Of a DNA stretch of 64,000 bases, positions 53,600 through 64,000 are shown piece by piece. The notes beneath the pieces are model-generated. The model saw only the letters and a list, made by a program, of their open reading frames with translations. It did not search any database and was not told the DNA's origin. The number at the start of each line of letters is the position of its first letter. Position 1 is the first letter of the stretch. Where the stretch lies: assembly GCA_964016885.1 (NCBI GenBank), contig OZ024742.1, positions 160,270,001 to 160,334,000 on the forward strand, written 5' to 3'. This DNA comes from Eledone cirrhosa (lineage: Eukaryota). A program made the position numbers and the translations under genes.

Positions 53600-55267
53600 A
53601 TATATATATAATATATATTTGTGAAATGGGTGGTGGTTGAAATTCAGTTGTGCACGGTTAAATGGTAGTAGACGTGGTCGGACGGACATGAAAATTTACA
53701 CACCTATGTAAAAAGTTCCAAGGGACCAAATAGACGAGGTTTCAAATCTCTAACTTGAAAAATGTAGTCCCTAGGGCCCCAAAACTGTCTATTTATTATC
53801 GCATTCGGTGAATTATTTCCCCCTGTTCTAATACTTGGATGAGTTATTTTCCGTAGTCGCTTTCAATATTCATTGTCTTATTTACAATTTCATACACATT
53901 TTTAAACTCATCAATTTTTTCATAACATATCAAACACAGCGTTCTTTCGCTGTTAACATACAGTACCGTTTTATGAAATCGATTCTGCAGTACTATTTTA
54001 CGAAATGCCAAACCGGAAACGGTCACTGTTTTCCATCAAAAGAAATAAAACCCTTAAATTGCGGAGAAGGGAGGCGTGTTCTCAGGTACGTTTTTTCCGA
54101 TATCATTTTTATTTTAATTCTAATACATATTAACCACCACTAACAGTAAGTAGTATTTTTCAAAGTCAAATGAAAAGTTTAAAGAATACATGCATGTAAA
54201 CTTAATGAGTGGGTTCTATAAGCCTTTGGGTTACTGAGTTAATTCATTCAGTTTTTTTTAAATATTCATTGTAAACTTAATGAATGGGATCTATAAGCCG
54301 TTTAGTTGCCGAGTTAATTATTTCAGTTTTTTTTTTAATATTCATTGTAAACTTAATGAATTAGATCTATAAGCCCTTTGGTTGCCGAGTTAATTAATTC
54401 AGTTTTTTTTTAATATTCATTGTCTTATTTAAAATAACATATCAAAGACAACGTTATTTCGCTGTTAATAAACTGTTGCCTTCTACAGTACGTTTCATTT
54501 TCATTTTTCAAATACAGTTGCTCTATATTAAATTTAAATACTTCTATAACGATCATACAGTACCGTTTTATGAAATCGATTCTGCAGTAGAATTTTAAGA
54601 AATGCCAAACCGAAAAAGGTCACTGTTTTCTAACAAAAGAAATAAAACCCTTACATTGCGAACCCCCTGTTCTAATACTGGGGTTAGTTATTTCCCCCTG
54701 TTCTAATAAACGTCTAATATATAGAGACCCCTCTTGCTGACCAGGCCAATCAAAGTGTAAACTATCATACAAACCTTCATAATCTGCATTTTTAAACTTG
54801 CATATCATCGACATTGCTATTTCGCTGTTAATAAACTATCATCCTTCTACATTTACCCGTAAAATTCTGCTTTGCAATGAGTATCAACAAGGCACAGGGA
54901 CAGTCGCTGCAAGTAGTTGGCCTAAATCTGACACAGCAGGTATTTACCCACGTTCCAAATATACGTCGGGTGCTCACGCGCCAGCAGTCCACACAATCTC
55001 TACATTTGTGGTAATCCGGGTAATACCAGGAACGTTGTCTACAAAGAAGCACTGCAACAACACCTTTGAAGCTTCCGCCATTCCTCTTCCGTCGCCATTC
55101 AACGTCTCTCAACGCTTTTCACGTCGCTCCACTTCTCATTGTACGCTGTCCAGCCCCAAGTGCATATTTCTATTTTTTTCCTGATACTGCTTCTTTATAA
55201 TAAACTTTCAATAATATTTTTCAAATTAATAAAAAGTGGCCCCGGGTGCAACCGGGCTCAGCTGCTA

Positions 55268-55268
<1 letters not shown>
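53600..55268 (+). mobile_element. Internally deleted Helitron with a Pif1-like helicase remnant and internal duplications
   Basis: The 3' end has the hairpin CCCGG-GTGCAA-CCGGG and then CTAG|T. Three repeats of about 75 bp lie at 54195-54425, and 53955-54063 is duplicated at 54555-54660. The 5' boundary is approximate. Confidence 0.8.
54853..55059 (+). pseudogene. Helitron RepHel Pif1-like helicase C-terminal fragment
   Basis: LPVKFCFAMSINKAQGQSLQVVGLNLTQQVFTH, then after a frameshift YVGCSRASSPHNLYI...TRNVVYKEALQ. Confidence 0.88.
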
Positions 55269-55323
<55 letters not shown>

Positions 55324-55514
55324 CGAAGGAATCGTGGTAAGGAAGCAGATGGACCATAACGCACCAGAGTACTCAATACTTAGGGTAGTAGAGTGGGTAA
55401 TAGGAAAATGTATGACTCCGACGGCAGAGCTCAAGCCGTTTCGACGGCTATTTCTGGACTAAATTAGAATTTTTAGCGTGGTAAATAAATAGCCGAACTT
55501 TTCAAGGGGTAATT

Positions 55515-55566
<52 letters not shown>

Positions 55567-55571
<5 letters not shown>

Positions 55572-56243
55572 TAAAGTTAGTCCTTCATCAGTGATCTTCC
55601 AACCATCATTGGTATTTCATCGCTTTAAAGACCATATACCTCCGGTTGGTGCGAGCAACGGCTTAAAAAGTCGTTGGGACACGTAAATAAAGGGGACACG
55701 AGAGTGTAAACAAACAAAGATGGTGAAGCAACGAAAAGTGAGGAAGAAAGAATCAAGTCCCAAACTTCCATGAATATAAGTTCGGTGAAATCGTGAACGA
55801 GAGAGAATAAAGACCATCAAACCTGGTTGGAATGTGAGCAAGGAAGGAATTCCGTACAGGTCTAACGGGAGGAAGAAGGAATCCAGTCTGTGATTTCGGT
55901 GAACGTAAGTTCTGTGAAATCGTAGACGAGAGAGAGAGAAAAAAAAACGAACCTGCCTGACCAAGGGTGCGAAAGAAAAGAATTACGCACAGGTCAAACG
56001 GGAAGAAGGAGGAGGAGGAGAGGTAGTAACAGAGAGTGAGTGAGTGAAGGGTGAGGAAGAGGCTAACAGAGAGAGTGACTGTTAGAGAGAGTAAAGATAC
56101 AGAGAAAGAGGAAGCAGTAAGAACGAAATAGACGGGTCACAGCTTTAGAAACAATATGTGCAAATATGAGAATAAACGTGCTGCGTGGTTGCTAATGGGT
56201 TACATATGAATAAAGTTAGTCCTTCATCAGTGATCTTCCAACC
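55567..56243 (-). mobile_element. Non-coding unit of about 639 bp with a terminal redundancy of about 38 bp between (TA)n tracts; retrozyme-like or pLTR-like
   Basis: ATGAATAAAGTTAGTCCTTCATCAGTGATCTTCCAACC occurs at both ends. It shares a GTGAGTGAGTG..GTGAGGAAGAG.TAAC block with the 29858-30946 unit. Confidence 0.8.
55580..55680 (-). ncRNA. Rearranged (non-circularly permuted) hammerhead-like RNA, best-preserved copy
   Basis: gtcc-caacgactt[ttt]aagccgttg-ctcgca-ccaacc-gga-ggta-TA-tggtctt-taa-agcgat-GAAA-tacc-aatgat-ggttgg-aagatca-CTGATGA-a-ggac. Confidence 0.75.
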
Positions 56244-56356
56244 CTACATATATATATATAATATATATATATATATGATAAACTTAGGAAAACAGAAAGG
56301 ACAAGACAACGAACGAAATAAGATAAAACGAAAAACCATTTTGTTAAGGGGAACCT

Positions 56357-56417
<61 letters not shown>

Positions 56418-56418
56418 A

Positions 56419-56459
<41 letters not shown>

Positions 56460-57419
56460 CGTGTATGTGTGTGTATGTGTGTGTATGTACACACATATAC
56501 ACGTGGTCGTATATTTATAGGATATTTCAAATGGGTAAGGTATAGAATTGCTTTCTTATCATTGATGCCTCTGTCCAAACAATAGACTGTTATTATCATC
56601 AGCTTATCTTGTAGTCTGGAAATATGTGCCAGATCTTCTGGGGGAAAGATCAATCTTTCGTTGGCCCTGGTGCTACTCTATGTAGTGTTAAATATTTTGT
56701 GGTAGGATCTCATGTCACTCATGGTGACATTTATCATGTCTATATTACTCGGCTTGTTTGTCTGTCTCTCTGCCTATCTCTCTCTGTCTCCACGCATGTG
56801 TGTGTGTGTTTGGTGATTGAGAGTTGCTGAAATTAAACTTTTTAGTAAGTTGAGTGAAACTTTAACATTGTCTCTAATGGTAATAACTGTTTCCACTTTT
56901 GGTGCAAGGCCAACAATTTGAAGGGAAAGGGGAAAGTTGATTAAATCGACTGCAGTGTTCCACTGGTGCTTTATTTTATCAACCCCGTAAGGACAAAAGG
57001 CAAAGTTCACATCGGCGGGATTTAAACTCACAACGTAAAGGTTCGTAACAAATATTACTTGTTTGTACTTTAGACACAAGGCCAGCAGTTTAAAGGGAAG
57101 GGAAGTCGATTGGCTCAACTCCAGTGCTTTACTGGTGCTTTATTTTATCGACCACAGAAGGATGAAGGGCAAAGTTAACCTCGGCGAGATTTGAACTCAG
57201 TTCATAAAGGGCCGTAACTCTATGCTGAAAAGCATGGCGTCCGATCCTCTACCTATACTACCAAATAATAACATGTTGATATAATGAGGTATCAGGAAAA
57301 TAACAATCAACTAAATGAAATGTTAAAAAAATATATAAGTCTACCTGCTTTACCAGATCTTCAGTATAATTTTCTTGAACCTGAAAAATAAACCAGGCAG
57401 ACATTGCTAACATTTTGGG

Positions 57420-57928
57420 ATTGATGAGGTCACATGTACCACGCCAGCTAGGCCCATCACTAGCATTGTGGTGATTGGGTCACATGTACCACGCCGGCCA
57501 GACTCATCACCAGGTATTGTTGTGATTGGGTCACATGTACCACGTTTTTAGGCTCATCACCAGGTATTATTGTGAATTGGTCACGTGGACCACGCCCCCC
57601 AGGCTCATCACCAGGTATTATTGTGATGGGGTCACATGTATCACGCCAGCTAGGCTCATCACCAGGTATTATTGTGATGGGGTCACATGTACCATGCTGA
57701 CCAGGCTATCACCAGGTATTGTTGTGATGGGAGTTACGTGGCCCACGCCGATCGGCCCTTCGCTAGGCATGTTGTGATGGGGTCACAAGGCCCACGCCTG
57801 CATGGTTCATCACCTGGTATGTTGTGATAGAGTCATATGTTCCACGCCGACCAGGCCCATCACCAGGCATTGTTGTGATGGGGTCACATGGCCCACGCCG
57901 ACCAGGCCATTCGCTAGGCATTGTTGCA
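57420..57928 (+). repeat. Minisatellite, unit about 51-54 bp, about 10 copies
   Basis: GGGTCACATGTACCACGCC..C.AGGC.CATCACCAGGTATTGTTGTGAT repeated. Confidence 0.92.
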
Positions 57929-58059
57929 CGAAGAGATTTCATAACATTCTATGTGGTTACTCTGCTGTAAGGAACGTATTTCAGGACGTTCTTTTTATAT
58001 ACTCTATTTTCAAATCTAAGGGTGGAATATTGTAACGCACAAGTTCCCTCTACATACGA

Positions 58060-58690
58060 AGGTCATGCCTTACCATCCTTCTCCACTGGCATGCAGCTGG
58101 ACAACAATAGCCTGCGCATCGGCGTTTCCCTGAGGTTTGACCTCCGGATCTGCGAGCCACGCAAATGTCGCTGTGGATCCACCGTGGACTCTTTCGGCTT
58201 CCACCTGCTTTCCTGTCGCGATAGTGTCGACCGCCTTCTACGCCATGCTGCCCTCAACGATGTCATAAATCATGGCTTGGATGCTGAAGGCTTCCCCTCC
58301 CAGCTCGAGCCGGTGGGGCTGGACCACGAGGACGGCAAAAGGTCAGACGGTATGACCATCTTCCCGTACCGCGGTGGCAAACCCCTCATCTGGGATGCCA
58401 CTTGCAGCGACACTTTCTCCAGCCACAACCTGGTGCAGTCTGCGACTAACCCAGGTTCTGCTGCACTTCAGGCTGAGGAGGGCAAATTCTCCAAGTACCG
58501 GTCCCTCTCCGACAGGTTTGCGGTGGCCCTAGGACTACTTTCCTACTCACCACCATAGGCGCTGAGCTGGCCAGCCACAGGTGTGAACCTCACGAGATGG
58601 AATGGCTCTTCCAGTGCATCTCCCTTACCATCCTCCGGGGAAATGCCTTCTCCATTTTGTCCGCCAGAGCTGTGGGGCGACCAGCACGTG
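58060..58690 (+). mobile_element. 5'-truncated CRE-like RLE element
   Basis: HALPS..GMQLDNNSLRIGVSLR..CRCG..H.LSC..RHAALND..LEPVGLD..GKRSDG..WDATCSDT. Confidence 0.85.
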
Positions 58691-58714
58691 GGACCATATT
58701 TGCTCATAATACAG

Positions 58715-58786
58715 AGAGATGGGGAGGGCGAGAGAGATGGAAGCGATAACAGTGGGAGTTCGGCTCTTCCGTGTTCGGACACATTG
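58715..58786 (+). CDS. Candidate 72-bp phase-0 internal exon of an unidentified host gene (RDGEGERDGSDNSGSSALPCSDTL)
   Basis: ACAG| acceptor, |GTAAGC donor, an open frame with length divisible by 3, and GC content above the flank. No homology is recognised. Confidence 0.3.
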
Positions 58787-59466
58787 GTAAGCTCTTGATA
58801 TTTGGTTTATTTCTGGTTGTCCATCAACTGGTGACTAGTAAATTTAACTTTTGTGTGCCAATGCTAGTTATAGACCACTTGAAAGAAAATGTGGAGAGAA
58901 TAATGAAAGTTATCTCCCCTTATATATTTTAAGTTACTATAAACACATGCGCAATAACCCAGTACCTTACTTCTGCCTACTGAAAAGCTGCCTGCATTAA
59001 TTTCAACTCTTCTTATTAATAGCTGCATTGTTTCTTTCTAGGGACGACGTTGAAGAATAAACCTCATGTAGTCATTCCATGAGAGTATCTTAGTCAGCCT
59101 ATAAACTTTTCAGCTAAACCTCGTAAGTGAGCATTCCTGTGAGAGAGCACAAGAATAACTACAGCTCATCTCCAATAATGATGTCGTCAACTTAAAACCT
59201 TTTCCAAAACATTTGTCGAATTGCTTTATCAAAACAACTGGTAAAAAAATCCCACTTCGTTGTTATTATTCTCGAGGTGTTGCTATTATTGTTACTGTAG
59301 TAGTTGTTGTTGTTGTTGTTGCCATTGCCTTGGTGGTAATAGTGTTAATGGTAGTAGAGTGGTAGTTTTATGTGAAGGGGCGGGATTGACTTATTTTTTA
59401 TTGCATCTATTCATATTTAATGCATCTATGTATATATACACACACACGCACCACACACAGACACAA

Positions 59467-59500
<34 letters not shown>

Positions 59501-59533
59501 GCACACACATATACATATATGTATATATGTATG

Positions 59534-59574
<41 letters not shown>

Positions 59575-59598
59575 GTATACACACACACACACATATAC

Positions 59599-59680
<82 letters not shown>

Positions 59681-60059
59681 CTAAGCCACAAGGAGCACAT
59701 AAAGCTAACACGCTTCTGTAATTATTCCGTTATTTCTAATCTTCATTCTATTTCTAGGAAGACTAACCACTAGTCAGTAGACATTTTCTTTTAAATGTGT
59801 AACCTAACACCTAGCTTTATATTTAATTAACGTTAATAATACGTCGAAAGTTCTCAATGAAGCTTTTATGGACGAAACTTTATAAACATTATTACGCTGT
59901 GCTTTCTCTCACCATATATTTTATTTTCCTTTTCTTTTCTATGTGTTTTTCTTCCTCTATGTTTTCCACTTGATACACGTTCAATAAGAATGATATGGTA
60001 CTATGGGATCTCTGAATACATATTGAAAAAGATTAACCTGCTAAATGACACATGCTCTG

Positions 60060-60180
<121 letters not shown>

Positions 60181-61639
60181 CATGTACGCCCCCCTCCCAC
60201 ACACACGCACTCACACATATACAGGCACACATACATGTACGGGCACACATACACACACATATACGCATATACATATGTATATACATATGTATATGCATAT
60301 ATACAGACATACAGATATGCATACATGTTGATGATGGATGCCCCTTCGTTATCGAGTATGGCCATTGCACGATAAAACATTATTAATAATTATTAATTAA
60401 TGCTATCGTGAAATGCCTGTGCGTGAAGATTTTTTTTTAAATGAGGAAAGACTGTGCACTGAGCCAATCCCACTCTCTGAGCGACAGTAGCTGTAAGCCG
60501 AAAAGAAGAAAAGATCAACATCATCGGTAAATACTGAGCCACAGGTTTTATGTCGGAGTTATCCCAGTTTCCTGAGTTGCCTTCTCTTAGAAGAATGCCC
60601 TGGCAAAGTCTAGGGGTCCTTCACTCCTAGTGGTTCAATTGCGCGATCGGCTATCCAGCCTGATTATTTCTATGTCTTCCTGCATATACATACACATGCA
60701 TACATGCATATACATATATACATACATACATGCATACATGAATACATACATACATACATACATACATATTTATGCATATATACACATACATTTCTATATA
60801 TTATTACTGTTGTTGTAGTTAGCGTTGTAGTTAGCGTGGTTTGCGTCATTTGCTCCGGCTCTTTAAATGCTTCAAATGAGTTCAAATCCTATCGAGAGCA
60901 ACTTTGTATTTTAACCTTCTGGGGGTCGATTAGATGTGGGCTAATTTTAAAGGAAAAGGCATATGTGTCGGGGAGTCAGTGTGTAGAAGACTTCAGAGAA
61001 AATTGGTCAGTTGACACAACATATATTTGCCGGGAATTAGTGGAGCAGCAGGTCCCGTTACAGCAGGCATATCAAACTAAGTGTCATCCGAGGGTCACAT
61101 AGGTCACATATGTGTTGTCTGAGGGCCACACATGACAACTAATTGGACAGATTAAAACTAATATTTTTTTATTTTATATTACTCTCACGCTGTAAAAATC
61201 TTTGTGCGGGCCGCAGGTGTGCTTGTAAAGGGCCGCTTTACATGATCACTTGTCATGTTACAAATAGCAGCTAGTACTCCGTCAAACCACGTCCTCTACA
61301 CATATAAAATAAACAACACTTAGGATAACGTGCAGTTTATACACCATGCCTGACACCCTACTAAAAAAAAAATGAAAACAGCATGTTGAAGACTGGGGAG
61401 ACGAGAAAGATAGAGAGGGGGAGAGAGGGGGTGTGGGAGAAAGAAGTAGTCCTAAAATTGTTATCGACTTCGAAAGAATGAACTCCAAATGTGACATCAA
61501 ATGAATTTGAAATCAGAATTCTCTATGTCATCACACATTGAGTACGATTCTGATATCTTGGACTTCCCGGTCTTTGCACAGAAGACAGAAAAACACTCCA
61601 CACACACATACACGCACACGCACACACACACACACACAC

Positions 61640-61725
<86 letters not shown>

Positions 61726-61846
61726 GTATGTGTGTGTCTGTGTGCGTGTGAGTGTGTGTGCAAAAAGTAAACGGAAGCAATAAAGCAACCAATACAGGAC
61801 AATGTAGAGCCATTTTAGTTTAACGCTTGATATAGTAGGAAAGCAG

Positions 61847-61881
61847 TCTCTACGTTTCGGATACTAGTCTTCGTCAGAAGT
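61847..61881 (-). ncRNA. Minimal hammerhead motif with an ACGT palindromic stem III
   Basis: ctt-CTGACGA-aga[ctagta]tcc-GAAA-cg-TA-gag. The core is intact, but stems I and II are short or mismatched. Confidence 0.55.
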
Positions 61882-62275
61882 TAAAATGGAAAATAAAAGA
61901 AGAAATAACAAGATAGAGAGTGAGATTTTTTTGTTTTGTTTTAAAAAGCGTTTGTATGTTAAGTCAACCATTTTGGATAAAAAAAAAACATTGTTTTTCT
62001 ATTTTGTTTTAGGAATAATGTTTTTGTTGGGTTATATATTTCGATGAGTCATTATTTTTGTAAAACAGTAGGATATGATAGGATTGGGATATTTGACTTC
62101 AATGCTTGACGGTCGTGCCACCAAGTACATAGACGCCTGGGTTGGTTCATAGGATCCTTTCATTCATATACACATGGGGTTCGCTGATACACACACACAC
62201 GCACGCACACACGCACACACGCACACACGCACACACACACACACACACACACACGCACGCACACACGCACACACG

Positions 62276-62393
<118 letters not shown>

Positions 62394-62445
62394 AATATAT
62401 TAAAATACAAATATTAATAAAATAGATGTTCTTTTGATCAATTAA

Positions 62446-62498
62446 ATTTTATTATACATATTTCAGAGGTACAACAGTACGTCCTCATCAGACAAAAT
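62446..62498 (-). ncRNA. Type I hammerhead ribozyme related to the 15048 family
   Basis: attttgt-CTGATGA-ggacgtac[tgtt]gtacctct-GAAA-tatgta-TA-ataaaat. Stem I is 7 bp and stem II is 7 of 8 bp. Confidence 0.82.
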
Positions 62499-63199
62499 AT
62501 AATGATACATGACATACTCTGTGATGTTAAATGGTTAAGAGTTAATCAAGGTAGTGATTAACCTATGAGAAAACTCAACATTTATACCCTAATAATGAAA
62601 AAATGCGAAAACGTAATAAATTCAATAGAGAAGGTATGAGTAAGAAAAACGTTGCTTTAATGTAACAGTTATAGAGATTTTAAAATGTAGGATACTACAA
62701 ATTATGATTATCGAAGAAGACGTCTCTGGAATTATAATTTTATTACAGTTTATGAAGGCAACTGATAGATGATTAAAGAGAAGGAGAGATAAAGGAGAGT
62801 AATTTATGCAGAACATTTTTTTTCCCTTTAAGGACTAAGCGGTTAAGTTTCAAAATATTTAATTTATGTTATTTTAGGATGAAGAATCAAAATTTTAAGT
62901 TTCTAAAAGTTGATGGTTATTTATATTTATTAATTTTATAAATTTTATAAATTTTTTAAATGTGTTACATTTCTAAAATTCTGAATTTTTTGAAAACAAA
63001 ATTAAAGGATTTACTAGGCCCGCGAAAGAAAAATATACACTGTTGAATTATCCCTTCAATGTAATCTTTAACAAAAATTACCTATAACAGTGTCAACATT
63101 TTCGTAAAATTTATGAAGTACTTATTGTTAGAAATATCGAACAATTTATTGTCAAGTAGATACATTGTCTAAAGTATAATGATTAACGCAGATTCTTAA

Positions 63200-63259
<60 letters not shown>

Positions 63260-63584
63260 TTTATCGTAATAAATTAATATTTATTATATTATATTAAATC
63301 GCTATATTAGTTCTACCTTCATGGGAGGAATGATCTCTAAATAATGAATATGTTATTGTATAGATAGCGTTAAACCGAAACGGTAATTATGATTAAGTTA
63401 TTATACATTATAAATATAGATGCACAAAACCAAATGCAGAGATATACGTAACTAATAATATGATTATGTTATTATACAATATACACATATTTTCAAAAAA
63501 TTAGGTATAGAGAGATATACTAAGTATTAATGAGACAGTATCCTTTTGGTAAATGATAACGATTATAATCTTATATAATAGATT

Positions 63585-63885
63585 CAAACATGCAAAAGTT
63601 AAATACATACATATATATAAAAGAGTGTAAACGCATGAATGATTCACAGTTCAAAATAAGGTCCGTAAAAATTTACAGTTTGGATATTTGCACTATATTT
63701 AAAACATAGATAGAAAAATAAAGATAGGTATACTTAAAAACATGCAAAAGTTAAATACATACATATATAAAAATAAAGGAATGTAAACGCATGAATGATT
63801 CACAGTTCAAAATAAGGTCCGTAAAAATTTACAGGTTGGATATTTGAACTATATTTAAAACATAGATAGAAAAATAAAGATAGAG
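63585..63885 (+). repeat. Tandem duplication, unit about 150-155 bp
   Basis: AAACATGCAAAAGTTAAATAC...CATAGATAGAAAAATAAAGATAG occurs twice. Confidence 0.9.
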
Positions 63886-64000
63886 AAATAATGGTATGGA
63901 TCAAAGTTAATAATATTATGTTACGTATATCAACGTGTCAGCATGTTATTAAACAAGTGTCATTCATTTAAACGTTATTTCTTTCATAGATAGTTATAAG

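Noticed and set aside
54828-55112. Cys-rich 94-aa ORF on the minus strand
   Set aside because: It is the antisense shadow of the Helitron helicase remnant on the plus strand.
57420-57928. Regularly spaced repeats resembling a CRISPR array (also 11068-11315)
   Set aside because: The whole unit is repeated with no unique spacers. It is a eukaryotic minisatellite and there are no cas genes.

Overview
AT-rich eukaryotic window made almost entirely of repeats, most likely intronic or intergenic DNA of an octopod cephalopod. That assignment rests on the octopus-type tRNA-derived SINEs and the abundant (TA)n/(CA)n microsatellites. No intact host gene is recognisable; only a few candidate small exons are seen. 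Decayed mobile elements include a near full-length Naiad-type Penelope-like element (PLE; RT plus GIY-YIG), an R4/Dong-like RLE LINE, RTE LINEs with (GAA)n tails, CRE-like RLE fragments, L1/Tx1 fragments, Helitrons and hAT-type MITEs. The most notable feature is a dense set of short non-coding units embedded in (TA)n tracts, often as tandem or fold-back copies, that carry hammerhead ribozyme (HHR) motifs of several unrelated families. Three divergent units (29915-30008 with its tandem copy 30420-30522, 55580-55680 and 52263-52350) have the HHR core strands in a non-circularly permuted order (UH, then GAAA, then CUGAUGA). They share spacing and show compensatory base changes, which implies a pseudoknotted rearranged hammerhead. 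All structures were derived by eye and have not been folded computationally or tested.
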